Assembly (NCBI GenBank): GCA_000246735.1
Contig: CM001443.1
Coordinates: forward strand, 143,669 to 207,668
Length of the DNA: 64,000 bases
Reading direction: 5' to 3'
Source: an uncultured Candidatus Poseidoniales archaeon
Lineage (GTDB): Archaea; Thermoplasmatota; Poseidoniia; Poseidoniales; Poseidoniaceae
The translations under genes and the position numbers were made by a program. The stretch's first letter is position 1, and each line of letters begins with the position of its first letter. Shown here piece after piece: positions 29,212-37,568 of the stretch. The notes beneath the pieces are model-generated. The model saw nothing but the letters and a program-made list of their open reading frames with translations. It did not search any database and was not told the origin of the DNA.

Positions 29212-29373
29212 CATAATAATGTATTTATTTTGTTCAATTGATTCTCTTTGGCTCGGTTGTACGCGTCGAGTTTTGTTCGTATGTTCTCTTGGGAAGATTG
29301 GTATTGTTCATTTGAACAAGACAAAACAAGATTCCTGATTTGGAGATTTTAGAGTCCGCCGACCGGTGGAATC

Positions 29374-29955
29374 ATGCCCCCTATCGGCATGGACAGAATC
29401 ATGGAGATTCCGAGCGGGGGGTACTTGCGTCAGTGGCGTAAAACACTCGGATTGACTCAAGCCCAGCTTGCTGCTGAAAGCGGTTTGACTCAATCGGTCA
29501 TCGCCAAAGTGGAACGGGAAAACGTTGATCCAAGGGCTTCTACGTTGCGCAAAATGGTCGCTGCATTGCTTCGCTCTGAAGCACCAGATAAGCCGCACAC
29601 CGTTGGTGATATCATGATCGAAGAGGTCGCCGTTCTCGCACCCGAAGATACCGTGCAATCGGCCATCGAGCGAATGGTTCGCGAAGGCATCAGCCAACTG
29701 CCAGTCGTTGCCACAAATGGAGCCATCATGGGCCTTGTCTCCGAGACGAGTTTGTTGAGGACTGATGTGGAACGGGATGCTCCGGTTCAATCCGTAATGC
29801 AAATGAATTTCGAAGTTGTCAATGTGGGGGTTTCAATCGCTGAGGGGCGGCGCCTCCTCGTGGAGCGGGAAGTGTTGTTGATTACAGATTCAGGCGTACT
29901 ATGTGGGCTTGTTAGCCGCATTGATATGGTTCGCGCCTTAAGCAAGGACCAGTGA
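29374..29955 (+). CDS. XRE-family HTH transcriptional regulator with CBS domains
   Basis: LRQWRKTLGLTQAQLAAESGLTQSVIAKVERENVDPRASTL followed by a CBS pair (ISQLPVV..GLVSE). Confidence 0.9.
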   Translation: MPPIGMDRIMEIPSGGYLRQWRKTLGLTQAQLAAESGLTQSVIAKVERENVDPRASTLRKMVAALLRSEAPDKPHTVGDIMIEEVAVLAPEDTVQSAIERMVREGISQLPVVATNGAIMGLVSETSLLRTDVERDAPVQSVMQMNFEVVNVGVSIAEGRRLLVEREVLLITDSGVLCGLVSRIDMVRALSKDQ

Positions 29956-29958
29956 ACC

Positions 29959-31797
29959 TCACTGGTTGTTGGCAGCATCTTCACCTTGCGGGGTGATGAG
30001 GACATTGCTTCCATCTCGCATGATGTGTGGAATGGAAAGGGTCCCGCCGTTGACGGTGATTGGACAGGAGATTCCGCAGGCGGGAGCAAGGTAATCTTCG
30101 CCAGTCTCGGTTAACACAAGCCTGACGCCGTGGCCAGCCGGCAGGATTGCGTCGATCGCTTGGAATTCCATCAACATCGTGAGTGATTGACCTGGGAGCA
30201 CTGTAGTCGGATCCGAGCCGCCTTGGTGGTAACGGATGTCCATCGTGGCGTGGCCAAGGCGAAGCCCTGTTTCGGCGTCTTGTAATTCTGCGAAGATTTG
30301 GCCGCCGTCCATGGCTGCTTGAACTTCGAGATGAAGGGTTGCGAGGCCAGAAATCAACACGTCGGCCGATGCATCGAGTGCTTCACATTCGAATGTCACC
30401 GATGCCAATGTCGCTCCGCCACCTGAAACGCCTTGCACGCTGTTGCCGTTTTTCATGCAACCATCAAGAGCGACCATGTTCCATTCACGGTCTTCGGGCG
30501 GCCAGGTCGGCTCAATACGCCACTCGCCATCATTGCGCTGTATTTGTGCGTGAAGTGCAGGCTTCTCGCCGACCCCCTTGAGGTAATACTCAAACCATTC
30601 AAACAAGTCTTGGCCCCAATCCCAGCGGGTCATGTTTTGGATTGCTTCGCCGCCATAACCGGAATCCTGTGCATTGTGTTTCGACCATTGGTCTGGGTAA
30701 TTATGCTCCCATTGTCCGAGCATCCCCCTCACATCGAAACCTGCGTCGACGAACATCTGGTACCATGGGAAAACTTGGTGCGGGTCTACGTTCCAATCTT
30801 GCATGCCTTGAACCCAATACACGCTTCCTTTGTAATTGGTCAGCGCTTTGGAAATGTGTTCTCGCTCCTCGTAATAATTCGCCATATATGGGTCAAGTTC
30901 ACCCATTCCGTACGTCACAGGACCTGCGAACAGGCCTTCGATGATGTCTGGGCAGATGTTGTCCATGTCTTCGGCATTGTAGTCCACAGTGCTGCCGAAA
31001 TAATTCATGTGCATGACTTGGCTTCGAGCTTCTGCGCTTCCGTTCTTGTAGAGAAGAGGGTGGAGGCCTGTGGTGCCAGAAATGGGCACGATCGTTGCTA
31101 AGTGTTCGCTGCCATGGACCGCTGCTTCCCACTGTGTTGCGCCTTCGTATGATTTCCCATACAAGCCAACTTTGCCGTTCGACCAGTTCTGCTTCCCAAG
31201 CCATTCGACTGCTTGGTGGATACCCCAGCCCTCGCCTTCGCCTCGGTAGTCAAAACAGCCTGAGGATTCTTCTGTTCCGAACACAGACACCTGAGCAAAT
31301 GCATACCCGTGGGGGATGTAGTTGTCGTAAATGAATTCGCCTCGGCCAGCCCCAACCACGTTTGTTGCGCCTGATTCGTCGCCGGGTTGACCAAAGGAGA
31401 AGTATGGGCTCACAACGGCAATTACCGGTACTTGCTCCCCAATTTCAGTGTTGGATGGTAGCCAGTAAGAAAGGTGGACGTTGGAGGTAGCTGGTCCTGT
31501 CTCCCATACGGCAGATGTGTCAACTTCGAAGGTTGCCTCTTGGACTTCAAGCGCCGTGTAAGGTCCGGGTTCCAAGACATAGGAATAGCTGTCAGTCCAG
31601 TTCCAATCCAATTGATGGCGATCCCACACCTCTGGATACATTGACTCGCCCTCAATTGTATCGCCACCAGTCGACGAAGCCCCCAAACAACCCGAAAGCG
31701 GGCCGAGGAGAACCAAGAGAACAAGCAACCAAGCAGAGCGCATTGTGTCTGCCATTCTGTCAGCCGTCATGAATGTGATGTTATGCTGTAACATCAA
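29959..31797 (-). CDS. CocE/NonD (S15 Xaa-Pro dipeptidyl-peptidase-like) secreted hydrolase, probable lipoprotein
   Basis: LSGCLG lipobox-like signal, WSNGKVGLYGKSYEG nucleophile motif, QGMQDWNV, GQWEH; true start probably downstream (31770 or 31743). Confidence 0.85.
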   Translation of the reverse strand: MMLQHNITFMTADRMADTMRSAWLLVLLVLLGPLSGCLGASSTGGDTIEGESMYPEVWDRHQLDWNWTDSYSYVLEPGPYTALEVQEATFEVDTSAVWETGPATSNVHLSYWLPSNTEIGEQVPVIAVVSPYFSFGQPGDESGATNVVGAGRGEFIYDNYIPHGYAFAQVSVFGTEESSGCFDYRGEGEGWGIHQAVEWLGKQNWSNGKVGLYGKSYEGATQWEAAVHGSEHLATIVPISGTTGLHPLLYKNGSAEARSQVMHMNYFGSTVDYNAEDMDNICPDIIEGLFAGPVTYGMGELDPYMANYYEEREHISKALTNYKGSVYWVQGMQDWNVDPHQVFPWYQMFVDAGFDVRGMLGQWEHNYPDQWSKHNAQDSGYGGEAIQNMTRWDWGQDLFEWFEYYLKGVGEKPALHAQIQRNDGEWRIEPTWPPEDREWNMVALDGCMKNGNSVQGVSGGGATLASVTFECEALDASADVLISGLATLHLEVQAAMDGGQIFAELQDAETGLRLGHATMDIRYHQGGSDPTTVLPGQSLTMLMEFQAIDAILPAGHGVRLVLTETGEDYLAPACGISCPITVNGGTLSIPHIMRDGSNVLITPQGEDAANNQ

Positions 31798-31821
31798 AAG
31801 TCACGCCCTCATCGGCCATTC

Positions 31822-32814
31822 ATGGTGGTTCTTGTCACAGGTGCTGCGGGCTTCATCGGTTCGCATGTTGTTGAGCGACTTCTGCTCCAAGGCCATCAGG
31901 TTCGTGGGACGGCACGCGACATCGAATCGGCTTCGTTTTTGAAAGAGTTCCCGGTTGGGAAAGGATCTTCGCTTGAACTCGTCAAGATGGACTTGCTTGA
32001 TGCAAGGAGTGTTGACGCCGCCGTGGCTGGGTGTACTGAAGTCATTCATTGCGCTGCTGTGCTGATGGTTGGCATCAACGAAGTGCAGAGTGATTTGATC
32101 GATCCTTCGGTTCAAGGAACCATGAATGTATGTAAGGCGATTGAAAAATCTGGCACGGTGCGTACGATTGTTCACACTTCCTCAGTTGCTGCCATACGCA
32201 GTTCATTCTACACAAACGGTCATGTGTTCACTGCGGATGATTGGTGTGAGGATGCTTCGGCTCAAATCAATCCTTACGGTTTTGCAAAGGCCGAAGGTGA
32301 GCGTGTCGTGAGGCGCTTTGTCGAAGCCATGAACGAAGAGGTGCGCCCGAGGCTGATGACCATCCATCCATCCCTTGTTTTTGGTCCAATTCATCACAAG
32401 CGCCACCTCAACGGGTCAATGGCCTACATGAAGCATTTCAAAGGAAAATTGCCGTTCGTCCTCAATTCACACCTGAATTTCGTAGATGTCAGAGACGTGG
32501 CTGACGCCCACATCGCTGCGCTCACGAAGGGATCGAATGGAAAGCGAATCGTTGTCCATACCAAAGGCATGTGGATGAAAGAAATCGGAATTGAATTACG
32601 GAAATTGCGTCCAAAAACCGCCTATCCTACGAAGGTCTTACCAAAATGGCTTACAGTGGTCATGGCAATGTTCCATCCGAAATTAACCGTCAAGGCAGTC
32701 AAACCAAGCCTCGGCCGACATGTTGGGTATGATGTTGGCACAAGTTTTGCTGATCTCGGCATGACGCCTACGCCTGTTCAGGATACATTCCTCGATGGTT
32801 TGGACTCGATTTGA
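31822..32814 (+). CDS. NAD-dependent epimerase/dehydratase (dihydroflavonol reductase-like extended SDR)
   Basis: TGAAGFIG, TSSVAAI, YGFAK, FVDVRDVADAH. Confidence 0.88.
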   Translation: MVVLVTGAAGFIGSHVVERLLLQGHQVRGTARDIESASFLKEFPVGKGSSLELVKMDLLDARSVDAAVAGCTEVIHCAAVLMVGINEVQSDLIDPSVQGTMNVCKAIEKSGTVRTIVHTSSVAAIRSSFYTNGHVFTADDWCEDASAQINPYGFAKAEGERVVRRFVEAMNEEVRPRLMTIHPSLVFGPIHHKRHLNGSMAYMKHFKGKLPFVLNSHLNFVDVRDVADAHIAALTKGSNGKRIVVHTKGMWMKEIGIELRKLRPKTAYPTKVLPKWLTVVMAMFHPKLTVKAVKPSLGRHVGYDVGTSFADLGMTPTPVQDTFLDGLDSI

Positions 32815-32877
32815 GGCGGTTAGCAGCGTTGCATCGCGGCCGCAAGATATGAGGGGCTGGTGCCCCTCGGTTGAAGC

Positions 32878-33672
32878 ATGCAGGCCGAGGAAGTTTGGGG
32901 TCAACGTTGGACAATGAACACCTTGCCAATGGCAAGAGCCTACATGGAAGTTGCTTGCCGGAAGCAAAGCCTGGTTTGCCTCGCTGCAGACCGTTCAACG
33001 ATGGCTGGCTTGTTTGATTTGATCGAAACGGTCGGCTCTTCGATTGCGGCGCTTAAGACGCACGTCGATTTGGTTGATGACTGGACACCTGAGGCTTGGT
33101 CCGAGTTCTGTGCAGCTGCAAAAGAAGCCGATTTGCTGATTTTTGAAGATCGGAAATTTGCCGACATTGGTGGCATCAGCCGCAAACAAATGGCGGGCGT
33201 GTACAACATTCGCGGGTGGTCTGATTTGGTAACCGCCCACTTAATTTCTGGACCAGATATTGTTGATGGGTTGCAAGCTGCTTGGTCAGATGTCGGACGA
33301 GAGGGTGGCGTTTTGTTACTTGCCCAAATGTCCAGCCGAGGCAACCTCTTGGAGCCGGCGTACACTGCTAAAGTGGTCGAAAAAGGCAAAGCTCACTCCG
33401 GTGTGTTTGGATTCATTGGGAATGGCTCGAGACCTGAGGAATTGGTTCTTTTACGCACCGCTGTTGGCGACGGAAAAATGATCTGGACCCCGGGCGTGAA
33501 CCTTGCTGTTGGCGATGGGGAAATGGGGCAAAGGTACGGCCACCCTCGTGATGCTGTGCTCGCAGGTTCGGATTGTGTGATTGTCGGATCTGGTATCCAC
33601 AAGGCAGACAACCCTGGCGAGCAGGCGGCAGCTTATGCAAAGGCGTCTTGGGATGCTTTGTGCGATCGTTGA
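32878..33672 (+). CDS. pyrF: Orotidine-5'-phosphate decarboxylase
   Basis: LKTHVD, FEDRKFADIG catalytic motif, LAQMSSRGNL, TPGV, GQRY, IVGSGI. Confidence 0.92.
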   Translation: MQAEEVWGQRWTMNTLPMARAYMEVACRKQSLVCLAADRSTMAGLFDLIETVGSSIAALKTHVDLVDDWTPEAWSEFCAAAKEADLLIFEDRKFADIGGISRKQMAGVYNIRGWSDLVTAHLISGPDIVDGLQAAWSDVGREGGVLLLAQMSSRGNLLEPAYTAKVVEKGKAHSGVFGFIGNGSRPEELVLLRTAVGDGKMIWTPGVNLAVGDGEMGQRYGHPRDAVLAGSDCVIVGSGIHKADNPGEQAAAYAKASWDALCDR

Positions 33673-33709
33673 ACACTATGTTCTTGTGTGGACAGTGTGT
33701 CCTCTCACC

Positions 33710-33991
33710 ATGCTCACCTTCATTGGCTGGTTGCTTGCGTTCGTCGTGACGCTCGTTCCAGCGTACATGATTTGGTCGTACACAAAAAAAGCGACGGAAC
33801 TTGATGAGCGCATCGAAGCGTGCGACCCAACGCTTCTCACTGATGATGGACTCAATGTCTCTCGGTTGATGGCGGTTCCACAGGGCACACAGTACCTAGA
33901 AAACGCACAAATCATTCTTCCAACATCAATTCCGATGCCGGTTCAAAGCCCTTATCCGCCTCAGACAGGAGAGCCGTACTCTGACCAATAG
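33710..33991 (+). CDS. Small membrane-anchored hypothetical protein
   Basis: N-terminal TM helix and Pro-rich tail; overlaps the 3' end of the convergent gene by 31 nt. Confidence 0.55.
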   Translation: MLTFIGWLLAFVVTLVPAYMIWSYTKKATELDERIEACDPTLLTDDGLNVSRLMAVPQGTQYLENAQIILPTSIPMPVQSPYPPQTGEPYSDQ

Positions 33992-34665
33992 AAGACCGCC
34001 CCTGCAATCAATACAACAAGCAGCACCCACTTCGCCGAGCCTTTGCGCTTGGGTGAAGGAGTGTCTTGAGGTGTGATTGCAACAGTCAGTTCCGATGTGG
34101 GCTCAACTGGTTCAGATGGCACGATTGCTTCCAGAGGAGCGGGCATTGGAAGTGGAAGCGCTGGCATACCTGGCAACGGTGGAAGAGGCATCAGCCCTTC
34201 ATCCGGCTCTGGTTTGATTCGGTCTTCTGGGTAGAGTTCGTCGAGATCTTCAAGCCCGGGCGCCTCTGGGATCGGACCCAACACTTGTTCCCAGACCTCG
34301 TCAAGCGCTGCTGATGAAATCGGCTTTTCGAGCCAAGCAACGGCCCCCGCAGAATGAGATGCGTCTCGTGCGAGTGAGGCGAGACGTCGAGGCGTGACAA
34401 ACACAATTCGGCCTTCGCCGCCATGTTCCCTCATCTCCAAAGCAGCAAGATGCCCGTCGAGAGAGGGGATGTCAAGTGCGATGACGACCAATTCTGGGTC
34501 GAGGCGGATGTATTCGTCAACGGCTTTGTCGCCATCTTCGCAGACAACAACGTGGAATTCTTTGACGCGGAAGACTTCAGTGAGCCTTCGCGTCGACATT
34601 GGGTTGTTGTCCACAACGAGCACTGTTGGTGCTGAATCTTCGTCTGCCGCCGTGACATACGCCAT
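33961..34665 (-). CDS. Receiver-domain (pseudo-receiver) protein with Pro-rich linker and C-terminal TM anchor
   Basis: VLVVDNN, DGDKAV, PELVVIALDIPSLDG, GAVAWLEKP CheY-like pattern; C-terminal WVLLVVLIAGAVFYW. Confidence 0.8.
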   Translation of the reverse strand: MAYVTAADEDSAPTVLVVDNNPMSTRRLTEVFRVKEFHVVVCEDGDKAVDEYIRLDPELVVIALDIPSLDGHLAALEMREHGGEGRIVFVTPRRLASLARDASHSAGAVAWLEKPISSAALDEVWEQVLGPIPEAPGLEDLDELYPEDRIKPEPDEGLMPLPPLPGMPALPLPMPAPLEAIVPSEPVEPTSELTVAITPQDTPSPKRKGSAKWVLLVVLIAGAVFYWSEYGSPV

Positions 34666-34719
34666 GTGAATCATCCCCCTGACTTCGCCCTTGCACATCA
34701 ATCATGCGCACCATGGGAT

Positions 34720-35097
34720 TCATTCTTCGCTGTCTTCGGCGGTCGAGAGGTCTTCCACTGGCCCAGATTGTGGATTTGCGAATGTTTCTCGAACCGTTTC
34801 GGATTCTGCGACCGCATCCTCCATTGCTCTGCGCCTGCTTGGGGCTTTCAGGAATTGCAACTGCAACTCGCTGACAATACCGCGGAACATGCGTTCTTCT
34901 TGTTCGCTGATGTTGCCCTTCGATTTGCTCTGCAACACACGAAGCATGTCGATACCAGCCTTTGCTTCACCGAGATTGAAAATGATGTTTCCTTCATTGT
35001 CAGGAATCATACCCATGTGAAGCAGCGATGAACGCTGGAACATGTGAATCAGTTGAAAGAATTGCTCGGTTTCTTCGTCCTTGAATGTGCCCGACAT
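34720..35097 (-). CDS. DUF1844-family protein
   Basis: F.QLI..LLHMG.IP..NLGEAKAGIDMLRVLQSKSKGNISEQE..ELQLQF pattern. Confidence 0.75.
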   Translation of the reverse strand: MSGTFKDEETEQFFQLIHMFQRSSLLHMGMIPDNEGNIIFNLGEAKAGIDMLRVLQSKSKGNISEQEERMFRGIVSELQLQFLKAPSRRRAMEDAVAESETVRETFANPQSGPVEDLSTAEDSEE

Positions 35098-35141
35098 GGA
35101 AACAGCGAGGGGGTTAACCCCTATCGCTTCATCGCCGTATC

Positions 35142-36563
35142 TCAATCAAACATTTGTTCGAGTAACCAGTCAGGATCGAATTGTTTCAGGTCGTCATAAC
35201 CTTGGCCGACGCCTGCAAACACGATTGGTCGCCCCGTGGCGAAGGCAATCGAAAGACCAGCTCCACCCTTCGCATCGGTGTCGACCTTTGTGAGAACCGC
35301 TCCGTCAAATTTCATGATCTCTTGGAACATTCTTGCCTGTTCTACCGCATCGTTTCCAGCAAGTGAGTCGCCGACAAAGAGCGTGAGGTGGGGGTTCGCA
35401 ACCCTCCGAACCTTGTTGAGTTCATTCATCAAATTGACCTTGTTTTGCATTCGCCCAGCCGTGTCGACGAGCACAACATCAACGCCTTTGGCGCGGGCAG
35501 ATTCTATTGCGTCTCGTGCGATTGCAGCCGTATCGCCACCTCGCTGACTTGAGACGCAGCGGATGCCAAGATTTTCGCAATGAGATTCCAATTGTTGAAT
35601 TGCCCCTGCTCTGAACGTGTCCCCTGCCGCAGCAATGACGCTTCTTCCACTGCCAAGCAGCCTGTGAGCAATCTTTGCCGCAGTGGTTGTTTTTCCGGTC
35701 CCGTTAACGCCTACGAGCATGACAACAACGGGGGTGTCGCCGGCTTCGACGAAGCCGTTGACGGTCGCATCGAAGTCCCAGTATCCTGCGGCAAGGAGGG
35801 ACCTGAGGGCTCGCTTCAATGCCGCTTCAAGCACTTTTGCGAGGTCTGCTCCTTTTCGTAGCCGTGAGCCTACGAGGCTACGGCGAAGCGCGTCGATGAT
35901 GGCGGTCACCGCATCGCTGGAGATATCGGATTCAAGAAGAACCCATTCTAATTCTTCGAGCAAGGCATCGAGTGCCCCGCCTGCTTTGATGATGCGGCCG
36001 CCGTCTTGGACCACACCGCCACCAAGATCGACTTCGACCTTTGTGCCGGCTTCGGTTTCGACTTCAGCTGTTTTGACGGACCCTTTCGGTGCTGATGAAA
36101 CGCTGACAAGTTGTCGGCCAGTTGTCGTTCGCATCATCGAAAGATCGACTTTGGAACCTTTTGGGCGAGCGACTTCAACAGCCCCTCGCTTTTTCATCTC
36201 TTTTTTCAATTGCTTTTCGCGCTTTGCGTCGGCTTTTTTTGCCTTCTCGACGAGTTTTCGTTCCCGGCGAGATAGATCTTGTGGAAGAGCTATTTCCTCT
36301 TCCTCTTCCCACTCATCCCAGTCATCTGATGCCTGGGGTTCGACAGGTTCGATTGTATCGAGGTCTTCCCACTCCTCCTCTTGGGGCGCCATTTCTGGCA
36401 CGGATTGTGTTTGAATAATCGTGGTTGATTCGATTGATGCTTGTTCTGCGGATGCGAGCGCTGCGAGTGCTTCATCAGAACCTACGTCTGCAGAAAGTGC
36501 ATCGGCGTCGGTTTGTTCAGCAACTTCGTGAACACGTTTACGGAACCGGTCAAACAAGCCCAT
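35142..36563 (-). CDS. ftsY: Signal recognition particle receptor FtsY
   Basis: GVNGTGKTTT, DTFRAGA, DTAGR, TKVDTDAKGG, GVGQGYDDL; acidic N-terminal region. Confidence 0.95.
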   Translation of the reverse strand: MGLFDRFRKRVHEVAEQTDADALSADVGSDEALAALASAEQASIESTTIIQTQSVPEMAPQEEEWEDLDTIEPVEPQASDDWDEWEEEEEIALPQDLSRRERKLVEKAKKADAKREKQLKKEMKKRGAVEVARPKGSKVDLSMMRTTTGRQLVSVSSAPKGSVKTAEVETEAGTKVEVDLGGGVVQDGGRIIKAGGALDALLEELEWVLLESDISSDAVTAIIDALRRSLVGSRLRKGADLAKVLEAALKRALRSLLAAGYWDFDATVNGFVEAGDTPVVVMLVGVNGTGKTTTAAKIAHRLLGSGRSVIAAAGDTFRAGAIQQLESHCENLGIRCVSSQRGGDTAAIARDAIESARAKGVDVVLVDTAGRMQNKVNLMNELNKVRRVANPHLTLFVGDSLAGNDAVEQARMFQEIMKFDGAVLTKVDTDAKGGAGLSIAFATGRPIVFAGVGQGYDDLKQFDPDWLLEQMFD

Positions 36564-36572
36564 GTGTACACC

Positions 36573-37139
36573 TCAGTCATCCAGCGTGAGTTCTTTGCCC
36601 CTGCGTCCCTTTCGACGCGGTTGGCGTTTAGGCGCATCTGGTTGAGATTGGGCCTCCGATTGAACTGGTTCGGCAGGAGCGGGGGGGGTGGGCGTGGGTT
36701 GTGGCTGGGTGGCTGTCATTTGGCTTGCTGCTTCGTTGAACGCCTCTGCAAGGCCCGTGATCTTCACTTCGAGGGAAGCAGATTGTTCTGTCAACTCCTC
36801 TTGGAGAAGTCGAATACCATCAAGTCGTTCAATGGTGATTGTTTCCGCCTCATTCCATGGTTTTTCTCCGAATACACCGCTGCCAAGGTCGACCAATGCG
36901 GTGCCTTGTTCTGCACTTTCGTGGATGAACTTCAGCGTAACACCTGAACCAATCGTAAGGCGAGCGCTTGTCGAGCCTTTTTCCGCACCCTTTTGTAAAT
37001 GCGCGAGAATGGTGGATGTGGTTTGGTGTTCTTCGATGACCTTTGCGACGCGGTCAATCTGTTTGTGGAGGTCGTCAAGTTGCTTTCTGTGGGCGTCGAT
37101 GGTTCGAGCCATGCGTTGCAATTCTGTTCGGTCGACCAT
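36573..37139 (-). CDS. pfdA: Prefoldin subunit alpha with extended C-terminal tail
   Basis: Coiled coil - beta hairpins (IGSGV, VDLGSGVFGEK) - coiled coil; conserved position between rpl18a and ftsY; GGAGGTG RBS before ATG 37139. Confidence 0.82.
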   Translation of the reverse strand: MVDRTELQRMARTIDAHRKQLDDLHKQIDRVAKVIEEHQTTSTILAHLQKGAEKGSTSARLTIGSGVTLKFIHESAEQGTALVDLGSGVFGEKPWNEAETITIERLDGIRLLQEELTEQSASLEVKITGLAEAFNEAASQMTATQPQPTPTPPAPAEPVQSEAQSQPDAPKRQPRRKGRRGKELTLDD

Positions 37140-37195
37140 GGGGCTCACACCTCCGACAACGGGGTCATAGAAGAATCCGGCGTTGCCGGATCCAC

Positions 37196-37468
37196 TCACT
37201 CTTCCTCTGCCACTGGGGTGATTGATCCGCCTGCTGCGGCGATTTCCTCACGGAAGTGGTGGGTGACTCGAGGTTCGGTGGAAGTGCGTGGGTCGATTTC
37301 ACTCACGGAGTTGATATCGATCGAGCGGCGGTTGGCCTTGTGCCTCGAGCCCATAATGGAATAAGTTCGGTGTTCTGCATCTGCCTTGCTGGTTGCAGGA
37401 AGGTCGATGGAAAATTCTTGACGTACGCTGCCGAAGGGAGCGATTCCTACTACACGGTAAGCCTTCAT
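37196..37468 (-). CDS. rpl18a: 50S ribosomal protein L18Ae (LX)
   Basis: MKAYRVVG..F..YSIMGSRHK..RRSIDI; rplX-pfdA-ftsY synteny. Confidence 0.88.
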   Translation of the reverse strand: MKAYRVVGIAPFGSVRQEFSIDLPATSKADAEHRTYSIMGSRHKANRRSIDINSVSEIDPRTSTEPRVTHHFREEIAAAGGSITPVAEEE

Positions 37469-37568
37469 CGAGTTGGGCGACTCGCAAACCCGACTTAAAC
37501 GCGCTGGCGCGACTTCTCAGCGCAAAACAAGCGCGAGATTGACAAAGTTTGACGCTCCAACACGATTT

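Noticed and set aside
35683-36414. Long alternative ORFs (also 19410-20054, 30433-31101, 46952-47554, 7413-7994)
   Set aside because: Antisense or off-frame shadows of well-supported genes, with Ser/Arg-rich composition and no motifs
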